A stretch of DNA of 63,882 bases, filler included. It is 16 parts of 16 records of this genome, joined end to end, with 100 filler letters (N's around TTAATTAATTAA, not from the genome) between each part and the next. Parts side by side here need not be neighbours in the genome. Positions count along the whole stretch, not along the records: positions 6,893 to 18,869 come from SRR11831580_4557; positions 18,970 to 23,840 come from SRR11831580_4571; positions 23,941 to 26,688 come from SRR11831580_4573; 13 more parts are not named here. One strand, given 5' to 3'. Each line of letters begins with the position of its first letter. Position 1 is the stretch's first letter. Positions 13,549 to 25,236 of this stretch are shown here, in pieces. Made by a program: the position numbers and the translations under genes. The notes under the pieces are model-generated. The model was not told where the DNA came from, searched no databases, and saw only the letters and a list, made by a program, of their open reading frames with translations.

Positions 13549-13920
13549 TACGCCTCCGTCGCCTGTTAGGTTTATGTTGCTTTGCCTGGGCGACGCTACG
13601 CTTAGCCCCTTACTTATTTCTGGTACCATGGGGTGAATAATCTGATTTTGTTTGACTACAAATTAATCACTCGAACCTATTTAATGCTGAGCATTGTCAA
13701 TCGGTTAATTTTGCGTGCTTTAGCATTCACATCTATCCAGACGATGCAGTGAAAATTGGGTAATCCCCAGCAACCGCTGCGTAATGTCGTCTATCTTGTC
13801 GCGATCCTGGCATCCCTACATTATTTGTGGTCTGTGAAGATTATCTCATTGCAGCCCCTCATCTTCGCAGGGCTGGCTTTTCAGCTTTTCACCTTACGTT
13901 ATAAGAAGTTCCGTCGATGA
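13533..13920 (+). pseudogene. msrQ: Degenerate msrQ (yedZ) remnant, C-terminal part
   Basis: Manual translation KQLLLIRLRRLLGLCCFAWATLRL / [60 protein letters not shown] is colinear with MsrQ; one frameshift near 13628 and a TGA at 13750. Confidence 0.85.
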
Positions 13921-14003
13921 TGGCGCTAATTTCGTGAATTGTGCGGCTTGTTGCAAATTACACGGTGTTGAAGGTTATTTACATGTTAGCTGTTGATTAT
14001 CTT

Positions 14004-14053
14004 CCCTGATAAGACCAGTATTTAGCTGCCAATTGCTACGAAATCGTTATAAT
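14004..14053 (+). promoter_or_regulatory. accBC promoter region with FadR-like site and TATAAT
   Basis: CCCTGATAAGACCAGTA (14004-14020) resembles the FadR palindrome; TATAAT at 14048-14053. Confidence 0.55.
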
Positions 14054-14324
14054 GTGCGACCTCGTCCTCCCTGACGCAGTTTTTGCGCTGCGGAAAAGGT
14101 GACATTGGCGCAACGAAGGTATATTTTGTTTTTTGCCGGAGGATAGCAGCAGATCGCTGCACAATGTCCGTCAAGTCTAACATTGACACTCTGGGGCAAA
14201 ATAGACCGGCGTCCCGGCCTGCTGGAATTTATCGCTATGCATACAGCTGTCGGGGCATACGCTTTACAGACGGCGGTGAAACGCCTGTCACAATCACACT
14301 AAACAAAGAGTACGGAACCCACTC

Positions 14325-14795
14325 ATGGATATTCGTAAGATTAAAAAACTGATCGAGCTGGTTGAAGAATCAGGCATCTCCGAACTGGAAATTTCTGAAG
14401 GCGAAGAGTCAGTACGCATTAGCCGTGCAGCTCCTGCCGCAAGTTTCCCTGTGATGCAACAAGCTTACGCTGCACCAATGATGCAGCAGCCAGCTCAATC
14501 TAACGCAGCCGCTCCGGCGACCGTTCCTTCCATGGAAGCGCCAGCAGCAGCGGAAATCAGTGGTCACATCGTACGTTCCCCGATGGTTGGTACTTTCTAC
14601 CGCACCCCAAGCCCGGACGCAAAAGCGTTCATCGAAGTGGGTCAGAAAGTCAACGTGGGCGATACCCTGTGCATCGTTGAAGCCATGAAAATGATGAACC
14701 AGATCGAAGCGGACAAATCCGGTACCGTGAAAGCAATTCTGGTCGAAAGTGGACAACCGGTAGAATTTGACGAGCCGCTGGTCGTCATCGAGTAA
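14325..14795 (+). CDS. accB: Biotin carboxyl carrier protein
   Basis: EAMKM biotinylation motif. Confidence 0.98.
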
Positions 14796-14805
14796 CGAGG
14801 CGAAC

Positions 14806-16155
14806 ATGCTGGATAAAATTGTTATTGCCAACCGCGGCGAGATTGCATTGCGTATTCTTCGTGCCTGTAAAGAACTGGGCATCAAGACTGTCGCTGTGCA
14901 CTCCAGCGCGGATCGCGATCTAAAACACGTATTACTGGCAGATGAAACGGTCTGTATTGGCCCTGCTCCGTCAGTAAAAAGTTATCTGAACATCCCGGCA
15001 ATCATCAGCGCCGCTGAAATCACCGGCGCAGTAGCAATCCATCCGGGTTACGGCTTCCTCTCCGAGAACGCCAACTTTGCCGAGCAGGTTGAACGCTCCG
15101 GCTTTATCTTCATTGGCCCGAAAGCAGAAACCATTCGCCTGATGGGCGACAAAGTATCCGCAATCGCGGCGATGAAAAAAGCGGGCGTCCCTTGCGTACC
15201 GGGTTCTGACGGCCCGCTGGGCGACGATATGGATAAAAACCGTGCCATTGCTAAACGCATTGGTTATCCGGTGATTATCAAAGCCTCCGGCGGCGGCGGC
15301 GGTCGCGGTATGCGCGTAGTGCGCGGCGACGCTGAACTGGCACAATCCATCTCCATGACCCGTGCGGAAGCGAAAGCTGCTTTCAGCAACGATATGGTTT
15401 ACATGGAGAAATACCTGGAAAATCCTCGCCACGTCGAGATTCAGGTACTGGCTGACGGTCAGGGCAACGCTATCTATCTGGCGGAACGTGACTGCTCCAT
15501 GCAACGCCGCCACCAGAAAGTGGTCGAAGAAGCGCCAGCACCGGGCATTACCCCGGAACTGCGTCGCTACATCGGCGAACGTTGCGCTAAAGCGTGTGTT
15601 GATATCGGCTATCGCGGTGCAGGTACTTTCGAGTTCCTGTTCGAAAACGGCGAGTTCTATTTCATCGAAATGAACACCCGTATTCAGGTAGAACACCCGG
15701 TTACAGAAATGATCACCGGCGTTGACCTGATCAAAGAACAGCTGCGTATCGCTGCCGGTCAACCGCTGTCGATCAAGCAAGAAGAAGTTCACGTTCGCGG
15801 CCATGCGGTGGAATGTCGTATCAACGCCGAAGATCCGAACACCTTCCTGCCAAGTCCGGGCAAAATCACCCGTTTCCACGCACCTGGCGGTTTTGGCGTA
15901 CGTTGGGAGTCTCATATCTACGCGGGCTACACCGTACCGCCGTACTATGACTCAATGATCGGTAAGCTGATTTGCTACGGTGAAAACCGTGACGTGGCGA
16001 TTGCCCGCATGAAGAATGCGCTGCAGGAGCTGATCATCGACGGTATCAAAACCAACGTTGATCTGCAGATCCGCATCATGAATGACGAGAACTTCCAGCA
16101 TGGTGGCACTAACATCCACTATCTGGAGAAAAAACTCGGTCTTCAGGAAAAATAA
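14806..16155 (+). CDS. accC: Biotin carboxylase
   Basis: [14 protein letters not shown] start; ATP-grasp GGGGRG. Confidence 0.98.
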
Positions 16156-16170
16156 GACTGCTAAAGCGTC

Positions 16171-16199
16171 AAAAGGCCGGATTTTCCGGCCTTTTTTAT
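16171..16199 (+). terminator. Intrinsic terminator after accC
   Basis: AAAAGGCCGGA-TTT-TCCGGCCTTTTTT. Confidence 0.85.
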
Positions 16200-16263
16200 T
16201 ACTGGGGATCGACAACCCCCATAAGGTACAATCCCCGCTTTCTTCACCCATCAGGGACAAAAA

Positions 16264-16506
16264 ATGGACACTCGTTTTGTTCAGGCCCATAAAGAGGCGC
16301 GCTGGGCGCTGGGGCTGACCCTTTTGTATCTGGCAGTTTGGTTAGTAGCCGCTTACTTATCTGGCGTTGCCCCCGGTTTTACCGGCTTTCCGCGCTGGTT
16401 TGAGATGGCCTGCATCCTGACGCCGCTGCTGTTTATTGGACTGTGCTGGGCGATGGTGAAATTTATCTATCGCGATATCCCACTGGAGGATGACGATGCA
16501 GCTTGA
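16264..16506 (+). CDS. yhdT: Membrane protein YhdT
   Basis: 80 aa, two TMs, upstream of panF. Confidence 0.9.
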   Translation: MDTRFVQAHKEARWALGLTLLYLAVWLVAAYLSGVAPGFTGFPRWFEMACILTPLLFIGLCWAMVKFIYRDIPLEDDDAA

Positions 16507-17947
16507 AGTAATTCTACCGCTGGTCGCCTATCTGGTGGTGGTGTTCGGTATCTCGGTTTATGCGATGCGTAAACGGAGCACCGGCACCTTCCTTAATGAG
16601 TATTTCCTCGGCAGCCGCTCTATGGGCGGTATTGTGCTGGCGATGACGCTCACCGCGACCTATATCAGTGCCAGTTCGTTTATCGGCGGGCCAGGAGCTG
16701 CTTATAAATACGGGCTGGGCTGGGTATTGCTGGCGATGATTCAGCTTCCTGCAGTCTGGCTTTCACTCGGTATTCTCGGCAAGAAGTTTGCGATTCTTGC
16801 GCGCCGCTACAATGCAGTGACGCTGAACGATATGCTGTTTGCCCGCTACCAGAGTCGTCTTCTGGTGTGGCTGGCGAGTTTGAGTTTGCTGGTTGCGTTC
16901 GTTGGTGCGATGACCGTGCAGTTTATCGGCGGTGCGCGCCTGCTGGAAACCGCGGCGGGTATTCCTTATGAAACCGGGCTGCTGATTTTTGGTATCAGCA
17001 TTGCGTTATATACCGCCTTTGGTGGCTTTCGCGCCAGCGTGCTGAACGACACCATGCAAGGGCTTGTGATGCTGATTGGCACCGTTGTGCTGCTTATTGG
17101 CGTAGTACATGCCGCTGGCGGCTTAAGTAACGCAGTACAGACCTTGCAAACCATCGATCCGCAACTGGTTACGCCACAAGGCGCTGACGATATTCTGTCG
17201 CCTGCCTTTATGACGTCGTTCTGGGTACTGGTGTGTTTTGGCGTGATTGGCCTGCCGCATACTGCGGTGCGCTGTATCTCTTATAAAGACAGCAAAGCCG
17301 TACATCGGGGGATCATCATCGGTACGATTGTGGTCGCAATTCTGATGTTCGGTATGCACCTGGCCGGAGCGTTAGGTCGGGCGGTGATCCCCGATCTCAC
17401 CGTACCGGACCTGGTGATCCCAACGTTAATGGTAAAAGTGCTGCCACCGTTTGCTGCCGGGATCTTCCTGGCTGCACCGATGGCTGCGATCATGTCGACA
17501 ATTAACGCCCAACTGCTGCAAAGTTCCGCTACGATCATTAAAGATCTCTATCTGAATATCCGTCCGGATCAAATGCAAAACGAGACGCGTCTGAAGCGGA
17601 TGTCGGCGGTAATTACGTTAGTTCTCGGCGCGTTGCTGCTGCTTGCCGCCTGGAAGCCGCCAGAAATGATCATCTGGCTGAATTTGTTGGCCTTCGGTGG
17701 GCTGGAAGCCGTTTTCCTGTGGCCGCTGGTGCTGGGTCTTTACTGGGAACGCGCCAACGCCAAAGGCGCGCTAAGTGCGATGATCGTTGGCGGCGTGCTG
17801 TATGCCGTACTCGCGACGCTGAATATTCAGTACCTGGGCTTCCACCCTATCGTGCCCTCGTTACTACTAAGTTTGCTGGCTTTCCTGGTCGGAAACCGTT
17901 TCGGTACATCCGTCCCGCAAGCTACCGTTTTGACTACTGATAAATAA
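16496..17947 (+). CDS. panF: Sodium/pantothenate symporter
   Basis: SSS-family sequence; synteny. Confidence 0.95.
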
Positions 17948-17958
17948 AGAGTTTTGCC

Positions 17959-18840
17959 ATGCCTTGGATCCAACTGAAACTGAACACCACCGGCGCGAAC
18001 GCGGAAGATCTTAGCGATGCGCTGATGGAAGCGGGTGCCGTTTCTATCACTTTTCAGGATACCCACGATACGCCAGTATTTGAACCGCTGCCGGGCGAAA
18101 CGCGCCTGTGGGGCGACACCGATGTGATTGGTCTGTTCGACGCTGAAACCGATATGAACGACGTGGTGGCGATTCTGGAAAACCATCCGCTGCTCGGCGC
18201 AGGCTTCGCGCATAAAATCGAACAACTAGAAGATAAAGACTGGGAGCGCGAATGGATGGATAATTTCCACCCGATGCGCTTTGGTGAACGACTGTGGATC
18301 TGCCCTAGCTGGCGTGATGTGCCGGACGAAAACGCCGTCAACGTGATGTTAGATCCAGGGCTGGCGTTTGGTACGGGTACCCATCCAACCACCTCTCTGT
18401 GCCTGCAATGGCTCGACAGCCTCGATTTAACCGGTAAAACAGTCATCGACTTTGGCTGTGGTTCCGGCATTCTGGCGATCGCGGCGCTGAAACTGGGTGC
18501 AGCAAAAGCCATTGGTATTGATATCGATCCGCAGGCGATTCAGGCCAGCCGCGATAACGCCGAACGTAATGGCGTTTCTGACCGTCTGGAACTCTACTTA
18601 CCGAAAGATCAGCCAGAAGAAATGAAAGCCGACGTGGTGGTCGCTAACATCCTTGCAGGCCCATTACGTGAACTGGCACCGTTAATCAGCGTCCTGCCGG
18701 TTTCAGGCGGTTTGCTGGGCCTTTCCGGTATTCTGGCAAGCCAGGCAGAGAGCGTTTGTGAAGCTTATGCCGATAGCTTCGCACTGGACCCGGTCGTGGA
18801 AAAAGAAGAGTGGTGCCGTATTACCGGTCGTAAGAATTAA
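17959..18840 (+). CDS. prmA: L11 methyltransferase
   Basis: [11 protein letters not shown] and DFGCGSG motifs. Confidence 0.97.
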
Positions 18841-18969
18841 CCTTCGCATCGCCGTAGGGTGACGCGGGGNNNNNNNNNNNNNNNNNNNNNNNNNNNNNNN
18901 NNNNNNNNNNNNNTTAATTAATTAANNNNNNNNNNNNNNNNNNNNNNNNNNNNNNNNNNNNNNNNNNNN

Positions 18970-19163
18970 TTGCTAAAGATATGACGACCATTTTGTCTAC
19001 AGTTCTCTGAGAAGCTTTTTAATAGAGGCGTCGCCAGCTCCTTGCCAGAAAATTTATCCTCGAGTTCTTTATAAAACAATTCACTCAGGGTTTGGTGTTC
19101 ATTTGTCTGGGCTGTATTATTAATATTTGCAGAGAAAGAACTACGAGGAATACGAGTAATCAT
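18970..19163 (-). CDS. arpA: Ankyrin-repeat protein ArpA, 5' part
   Basis: MITRIPRSSFSANINN start; AT-rich; downstream of iclR. Confidence 0.8.
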
Positions 19164-19479
19164 TTAAATATCTCATTGTTTATTGATGTCTTGAATTTTA
19201 ACTATCAGAACAGTGAAAAAATTTAATATGATTACAACTAAAGAAATATCATAAATCGCTCAATCTCATAATGCAGCCGTAAAAGTTTCGGTGGAATGAG
19301 ATCTTGCGATTTTGTTAATAATTAAGTGGTTTGATGTTTAAAAATAATGCTGAGTTAATAAAAGTGTGTGAAGTGTATGACATTAAGTTATTTTGGCGTC
19401 AATGCGATTAACAGACACTCTTATTCTATTGCCACTCAGGTATGATGGGCAGAATATTGCCTCTGCCCGCCAGAAAAAG

Positions 19480-20304
19480 TCAGCGCATTCCACCGTACGC
19501 CAGCGTCACTTCCTTCGCCGCTTTAATCACCATCGCGCCAAACTCGGTCACGCGGTCATCGGTAATACGTGAAATCGGTCCGGAAATAGAAATTGCGGCA
19601 AACGGTTCACGGTGCTCATCGAAAATACACGCTGCAAGGCAACGTAGCCCCAGTGCATGTTCCTCATCGTCAAATGAATAACCCCGTTTGCGCGTTTGGG
19701 CGAGATCTTCTTTTAAATGCACAGGAGACACCAGCGTTGCGTGGGTATAGGCATGTAACCCTTTGCGGTGCAGCAGCTTCGTCACCTGTTCTTCGCTCAG
19801 TTGGGCTAAAAAGGCTTTACCCGCACCGGAAGCGTGCATCGGCAATTTACCGCCGATAGGCGCGGACATTCGCATCAGATGCGTACACTGTACCTGGTCG
19901 ATAATAATCGCTTCGTGATCGCTTTGATCAAGCACCGCCATATTGACCGTTTCGCCAGACTCTTCCATTAGATTGCGCAGGATAGGGTGAACAATCGCTA
20001 ACAAATTACGGCTCTGGAGAAAGCTGCTGCCGACCATAAAGGCATGTGCGCCGATTGCCCAATGTCCCAGTTCGCCAACCTGACGCACGAAACCCTGCTG
20101 TTGCATCGTGGTTAGCAGGCGGTGGGTCGTGGAATTGGGTAACCCGGCTTGTTGCGCCAGTTCCGTGAGTGCCACACTGCCATTGGATTCGGCAATCCAC
20201 TCCAGTAATTTCAGGCCACGCGTTAAAGACTGAACCTGTCCAGTCGCTGGTGCGGTGGCAACGGCGGGTTTTCTGCCGCGTTTCGCGGGAATGGGTGCGA
20301 CCAT
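19480..20304 (-). CDS. iclR: Glyoxylate shunt repressor IclR
   Basis: VQSLTRGL HTH; start MVAPIPAKR. Confidence 0.96.
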   Translation of the reverse strand: MVAPIPAKRGRKPAVATAPATGQVQSLTRGLKLLEWIAESNGSVALTELAQQAGLPNSTTHRLLTTMQQQGFVRQVGELGHWAIGAHAFMVGSSFLQSRNLLAIVHPILRNLMEESGETVNMAVLDQSDHEAIIIDQVQCTHLMRMSAPIGGKLPMHASGAGKAFLAQLSEEQVTKLLHRKGLHAYTHATLVSPVHLKEDLAQTRKRGYSFDDEEHALGLRCLAACIFDEHREPFAAISISGPISRITDDRVTEFGAMVIKAAKEVTLAYGGMR

Positions 20305-20327
20305 GACAGTCTCCTTTTTCTGTATCG

Positions 20328-20342
20328 TGGAAATCATTTTCA
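20328..20342. promoter_or_regulatory. IclR box (autoregulation)
   Basis: TGGAAATCATTTTCA versus consensus TGGAAATNATTTCCA. Confidence 0.75.
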
Positions 20343-20373
20343 TTTTTATTGTTAGCTAATGCAATAGTTACTG

Positions 20374-20390
20374 AACTGATCCGATGAGTT
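20374..20390. promoter_or_regulatory. FadR site of iclR
   Basis: AACTGATCCGATGAGTT 17-bp imperfect palindrome. Confidence 0.75.
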
Positions 20391-20395
20391 AATGT

Positions 20396-20408
20396 TGAAC
20401 AAATCTCA
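20396..20408. promoter_or_regulatory. MetR site of metH
   Basis: TGAACAAATCTCA resembles TGAANNTNNTTCA. Confidence 0.65.
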
Positions 20409-20503
20409 TGTTGCGTGGTGGTCGCTTTTACCACAGATGCGTTTATGCCAGTATGGTTTGTTGAATTTTTATTAAATCTGGGTTGAGCGTGTCGGGAGCA
20501 AGT

Positions 20504-23500
20504 GTGAGCAGCAAAGTGGAACAACTGCGTGCGCAGTTAAATGAACGTATTCTGGTGCTGGACGGCGGTATGGGCACCATGATCCAGAGTTATCGACTGA
20601 ACGAAGCCGATTTTCGTGGTGAACGCTTTGCCGACTGGCCATGCGACCTCAAAGGCAACAACGACCTGCTGGTACTCAGTAAACCGGAAGTGATCGCCGC
20701 TATCCACAACGCCTACTTTGAAGCGGGCGCGGATATCATCGAAACCAACACCTTCAACTCCACGACCATTGCGATGGCGGATTACCAGATGGAATCCCTG
20801 TCGGCGGAAATCAACTTTGCGGCGGCGAAACTGGCGCGAGCTTGTGCTGACGAGTGGACCGCGCGCACGCCAGAGAAACCGCGCTACGTTGCCGGTGTTC
20901 TCGGCCCGACCAACCGCACGGCGTCTATTTCTCCGGACGTCAACGATCCGGCATTTCGTAATATCACTTTTGACGGGCTGGTGGCGGCTTATCGAGAGTC
21001 CACCAAAGCGCTGGTGGAAGGTGGCGCGGATCTGATCCTGATTGAAACCGTTTTCGACACCCTTAACGCCAAAGCGGCGGTATTTGCGGTGAAAACGGAG
21101 TTTGAAGCGCTGGGCGTTGAGCTGCCGATTATGATCTCCGGCACCATCACCGACGCCTTCGGGCGCACGCTCTCCGGGCAGACCACCGAAGCATTTTACA
21201 ACTCATTGCGCCACGCCGAAGCTCTGACCTTTGGCCTGAACTGTGCGCTGGGGCCCGATGAACTGCGCCAGTACGTGCAGGAGCTGTCACGGATTGCGGA
21301 ATGCTACGTCACCGCGCACCCGAACGCCGGGCTACCCAACGCCTTTGGTGAGTACGATCTCGACGCCGACACGATGGCAAAACAGATACGTGAATGGGCG
21401 CAAGCGGGTTTTCTCAATATCGTCGGCGGCTGCTGTGGCACCACGCCACAACATATTGCAGCGATGAGTCGTGCAGTAGAAGGATTAGCGCCGCGCAAAC
21501 TGCCGGAAATTCCCGTAGCCTGCCGTTTGTCCGGCCTGGAGCCGCTGAACATTGGCGAAGATAGCCTGTTTGTGAACGTGGGTGAACGCACCAACGTCAC
21601 CGGTTCCGCTAAGTTCAAGCGCCTGATCAAAGAAGAGAAATACAGCGAGGCGCTGGATGTCGCGCGTCAACAGGTGGAAAACGGCGCGCAGATTATCGAT
21701 ATCAACATGGATGAAGGGATGCTCGATGCCGAAGCGGCGATGGTGCGTTTTCTCAATCTGATTGCCGGTGAACCGGATATCGCTCGCGTGCCGATTATGA
21801 TCGACTCCTCAAAATGGGACGTCATTGAAAAAGGTCTGAAGTGTATCCAGGGCAAAGGCATTGTTAACTCTATCTCGATGAAAGAGGGCGTCGATGCCTT
21901 TATCCATCACGCGAAATTGTTGCGTCGCTACGGTGCGGCAGTGGTGGTAATGGCCTTTGACGAACAGGGACAGGCCGATACTCGCGCACGGAAAATCGAG
22001 ATTTGCCGTCGGGCGTACAAAATCCTCACCGAAGAGGTTGGCTTCCCGCCAGAAGATATCATCTTCGACCCAAACATCTTCGCGGTCGCAACTGGCATTG
22101 AAGAGCACAACAACTACGCGCAGGACTTTATCGGCGCGTGTGAAGACATCAAACGCGAACTGCCGCACGCGCTGATTTCCGGCGGCGTATCTAACGTTTC
22201 TTTCTCGTTCCGTGGCAACGATCCGGTGCGCGAAGCCATTCACGCAGTGTTCCTCTACTACGCTATTCGCAATGGCATGGATATGGGGATCGTCAACGCC
22301 GGGCAACTGGCGATTTACGACGACCTACCCGCTGAACTGCGCGACGCGGTGGAAGATGTGATTCTTAATCGTCGCGACGATGGCACCGAGCGTTTACTGG
22401 AGCTTGCCGAGAAATATCGCGGCAGCAAAACCGACGACACCGCCAACGCCCAGCAGGCGGAGTGGCGCTCGTGGGAAGTGAATAAACGTCTGGAATACTC
22501 GCTGGTCAAAGGCATTACCGAGTTTATCGAGCAGGATACCGAAGAAGCCCGCCAGCAGGCTACGCGCCCGATTGAAGTGATTGAAGGCCCGTTGATGGAC
22601 GGCATGAATGTGGTCGGCGACCTGTTTGGCGAAGGGAAAATGTTCCTGCCACAGGTGGTCAAATCGGCGCGCGTCATGAAACAGGCGGTGGCCTACCTCG
22701 AACCGTTTATTGAAGCCAGCAAAGAGCAGGGCAAAACCAACGGCAAGATGGTGATCGCCACCGTGAAGGGCGACGTCCACGACATCGGTAAAAATATCGT
22801 TGGTGTGGTGCTGCAATGTAACAACTACGAAATTGTCGATCTCGGCGTTATGGTGCCTGCGGAAAAAATTCTCCGTACCGCTAAAGAAGTGAATGCTGAT
22901 CTGATTGGCCTTTCGGGGCTTATCACGCCGTCGCTGGACGAGATGGTTAACGTGGCGAAAGAGATGGAGCGTCAGGGCTTCACTATTCCGTTACTGATTG
23001 GCGGCGCGACGACCTCAAAAGCGCACACGGCGGTGAAAATCGAGCAGAACTACAGCGGCCCGACGGTGTATGTGCAGAATGCCTCGCGTACCGTTGGTGT
23101 GGTGGCGGCGCTGCTTTCCGATACCCAGCGTGATGATTTTGTCGCTCGTACCCGCAAGGAGTACGAAACCGTACGTATTCAGCACGGGCGCAAGAAACCG
23201 CGCACACCACCGGTCACGCTGGAAGCGGCGCGCGATAACGATTTCGCTTTTGACTGGCAGGCTTACACGCCGCCGGTGGCGCACCGTCTCGGCGTGCAGG
23301 AAGTCGAAGCCAGCATCGAAACGCTGCGTAATTACATCGACTGGACACCGTTCTTTATGACCTGGTCGCTGGCCGGGAAGTATCCGCGCATTCTGGAAGA
23401 TGAAGTGGTGGGCGTTGAGGCGCAGCGGCTGTTTAAAGACGCCAACGACATGCTGGATAAATTAAGCGCCGAGAAAACGCTGAATCCGCGTGGCGTGGTG

Positions 23501-23840
23501 GGCCTGTTCCCGGCAAACCGTGTGGGCGATGACATTGAAATCTACCGTGACGAAACGCGTACCCATGTGATCAACGTCAGCCACCATCTGCGTCAACAGA
23601 CCGAAAAAACAGGCTTCGCTAACTACTGTCTCGCTGACTTCGTTGCGCCGAAGCTTTCTGGTAAAGCAGATTACATCGGCGCATTTGCCGTGACTGGCGG
23701 GCTGGAAGAGGACGCACTGGCTGATGCCTTTGAAGCGCAGCACGATGATTACAACAAAATCATGGTGAAAGCGCTTGCCGACCGTTTAGCCGAAGCCTTT
23801 GCGGAGTATCTCCATGAGCGTGTGCGTAAAGTCTACTGGG
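20504..23840 (+). CDS. metH: B12-dependent methionine synthase, truncated by contig end
   Basis: GTG start; GGCCGT zinc motif; DVHDIG cobalamin motif. Confidence 0.98.
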
Positions 23841-23973
23841 NNNNNNNNNNNNNNNNNNNNNNNNNNNNNNNNNNNNNNNNNNNNTTAATTAATTAANNNN
23901 NNNNNNNNNNNNNNNNNNNNNNNNNNNNNNNNNNNNNNNNTCCCTCCCCATGAGGGGAAAGGCGATTAATACC

Positions 23974-25233
23974 ATGACACGGGCCGTGAAACCGCGCAGG
24001 TTTGCAATCAGGCCCATCATCTACGCCAGCGTTCTTAGCGCTGGCGTATTGTTGTGCGCCTTTTCCGCCCACGCGGATGAGCGTGACCAACTCAAATCTA
24101 TTCAGGCTGACATCGCCGCAAAAGAGCGCGCGGTACGCCAAAAGCAACAACAACGCGCAAGCCTGCTCGCACAATTGAAAAAGCAGGAAGAAGCGATCTC
24201 TGAAGCCACCCGTAAGCTGCGCGAAACGCAAAACACGCTCAATCAACTCAATAAACAGATTGATGAGATGAACGCGTCGATTGCCAAACTGGAGCAGCAA
24301 AAAGCCGCCCAGGAGCGCAGCCTCGCCGCACAACTGGATGCCGCATTCCGTCAGGGCGAGCATACCGGTATTCAGCTGATTCTCAGCGGTGAAGAAAGCC
24401 AGCGTGGACAGCGTTTACAGGCTTATTTCGGCTATCTCAACCAGGCGCGACAAGAAACCATTGCCCAGTTGAAGCAAACGCGTGAAGAAGTCGCCATGCA
24501 GCGTGCTGAACTGGAAGAGAAACAGAGCGAGCAACAAACGCTGTTATATGAGCAGCGCGCCCAACAGGCGAAACTGACTCAGGCGCTGAACGAGCGTAAA
24601 AAGACGCTGGCAGGGCTGGAGTCTTCCATCCAGCAAGGTCAGCAACAGTTGAGCGAGCTGCGCGCCAACGAATCCCGTCTGCGTAACAGCATTGCCCGTG
24701 CGGAAGCCGCGGCGAAAGCGCGTGCAGAACGAGAAGCACGTGAGGCCCAGGCGGTTCGCGACCGCCAGAAAGAAGCGACGCGCAAAGGCACCACCTACAA
24801 ACCGACCGAAAGCGAAAAATCGCTGATGTCCCGTACCGGTGGTCTGGGCGCGCCGCGTGGTCAGGCATTCTGGCCGGTTCGCGGGCCGACGCTGCATCGC
24901 TATGGCGAACAGCTACAGGGTGAATTACGCTGGAAAGGTATGGTTATCGGTGCTTCTGAAGGTACTGAAGTTAAAGCGATTGCCGACGGTCGGGTGATTC
25001 TGGCTGACTGGCTGCAAGGCTACGGTCTGGTGGTGGTGGTTGAGCATGGTAAAGGCGACATGAGTCTTTACGGCTATAATCAGAGCGCACTGGTGAGCGT
25101 TGGTTCGCAGGTTCGCGCGGGCCAGCCGATTGCACTGGTGGGCAGCAGTGGCGGTCAGGGTCGGCCTTCACTCTATTTCGAAATTCGCCGCCAGGGTCAG
25201 GCGGTCAATCCACAGCCGTGGTTGGGAAGATAA
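23974..25233 (+). CDS. envC: Amidase activator EnvC
   Basis: Signal peptide, long coiled coil, degenerate M23 domain. Confidence 0.95.
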   Translation: MTRAVKPRRFAIRPIIYASVLSAGVLLCAFSAHADERDQLKSIQADIAAKERAVRQKQQQRASLLAQLKKQEEAISEATRKLRETQNTLNQLNKQIDEMNASIAKLEQQKAAQERSLAAQLDAAFRQGEHTGIQLILSGEESQRGQRLQAYFGYLNQARQETIAQLKQTREEVAMQRAELEEKQSEQQTLLYEQRAQQAKLTQALNERKKTLAGLESSIQQGQQQLSELRANESRLRNSIARAEAAAKARAEREAREAQAVRDRQKEATRKGTTYKPTESEKSLMSRTGGLGAPRGQAFWPVRGPTLHRYGEQLQGELRWKGMVIGASEGTEVKAIADGRVILADWLQGYGLVVVVEHGKGDMSLYGYNQSALVSVGSQVRAGQPIALVGSSGGQGRPSLYFEIRRQGQAVNPQPWLGR

Positions 25234-25236
25234 GTT

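Noticed and set aside
14083-14352. 89-aa ORF in the accB leader
   Set aside because: It lies in the long accBC 5' leader with a weak start and no recognisable features.
14971-15915. Long antisense ORFs opposite accC, feoB (36478-37221), rplK (43928-44653) and guaB (48297-49712)
   Set aside because: Expected shadows of biased codon usage in conserved genes; no independent motifs.
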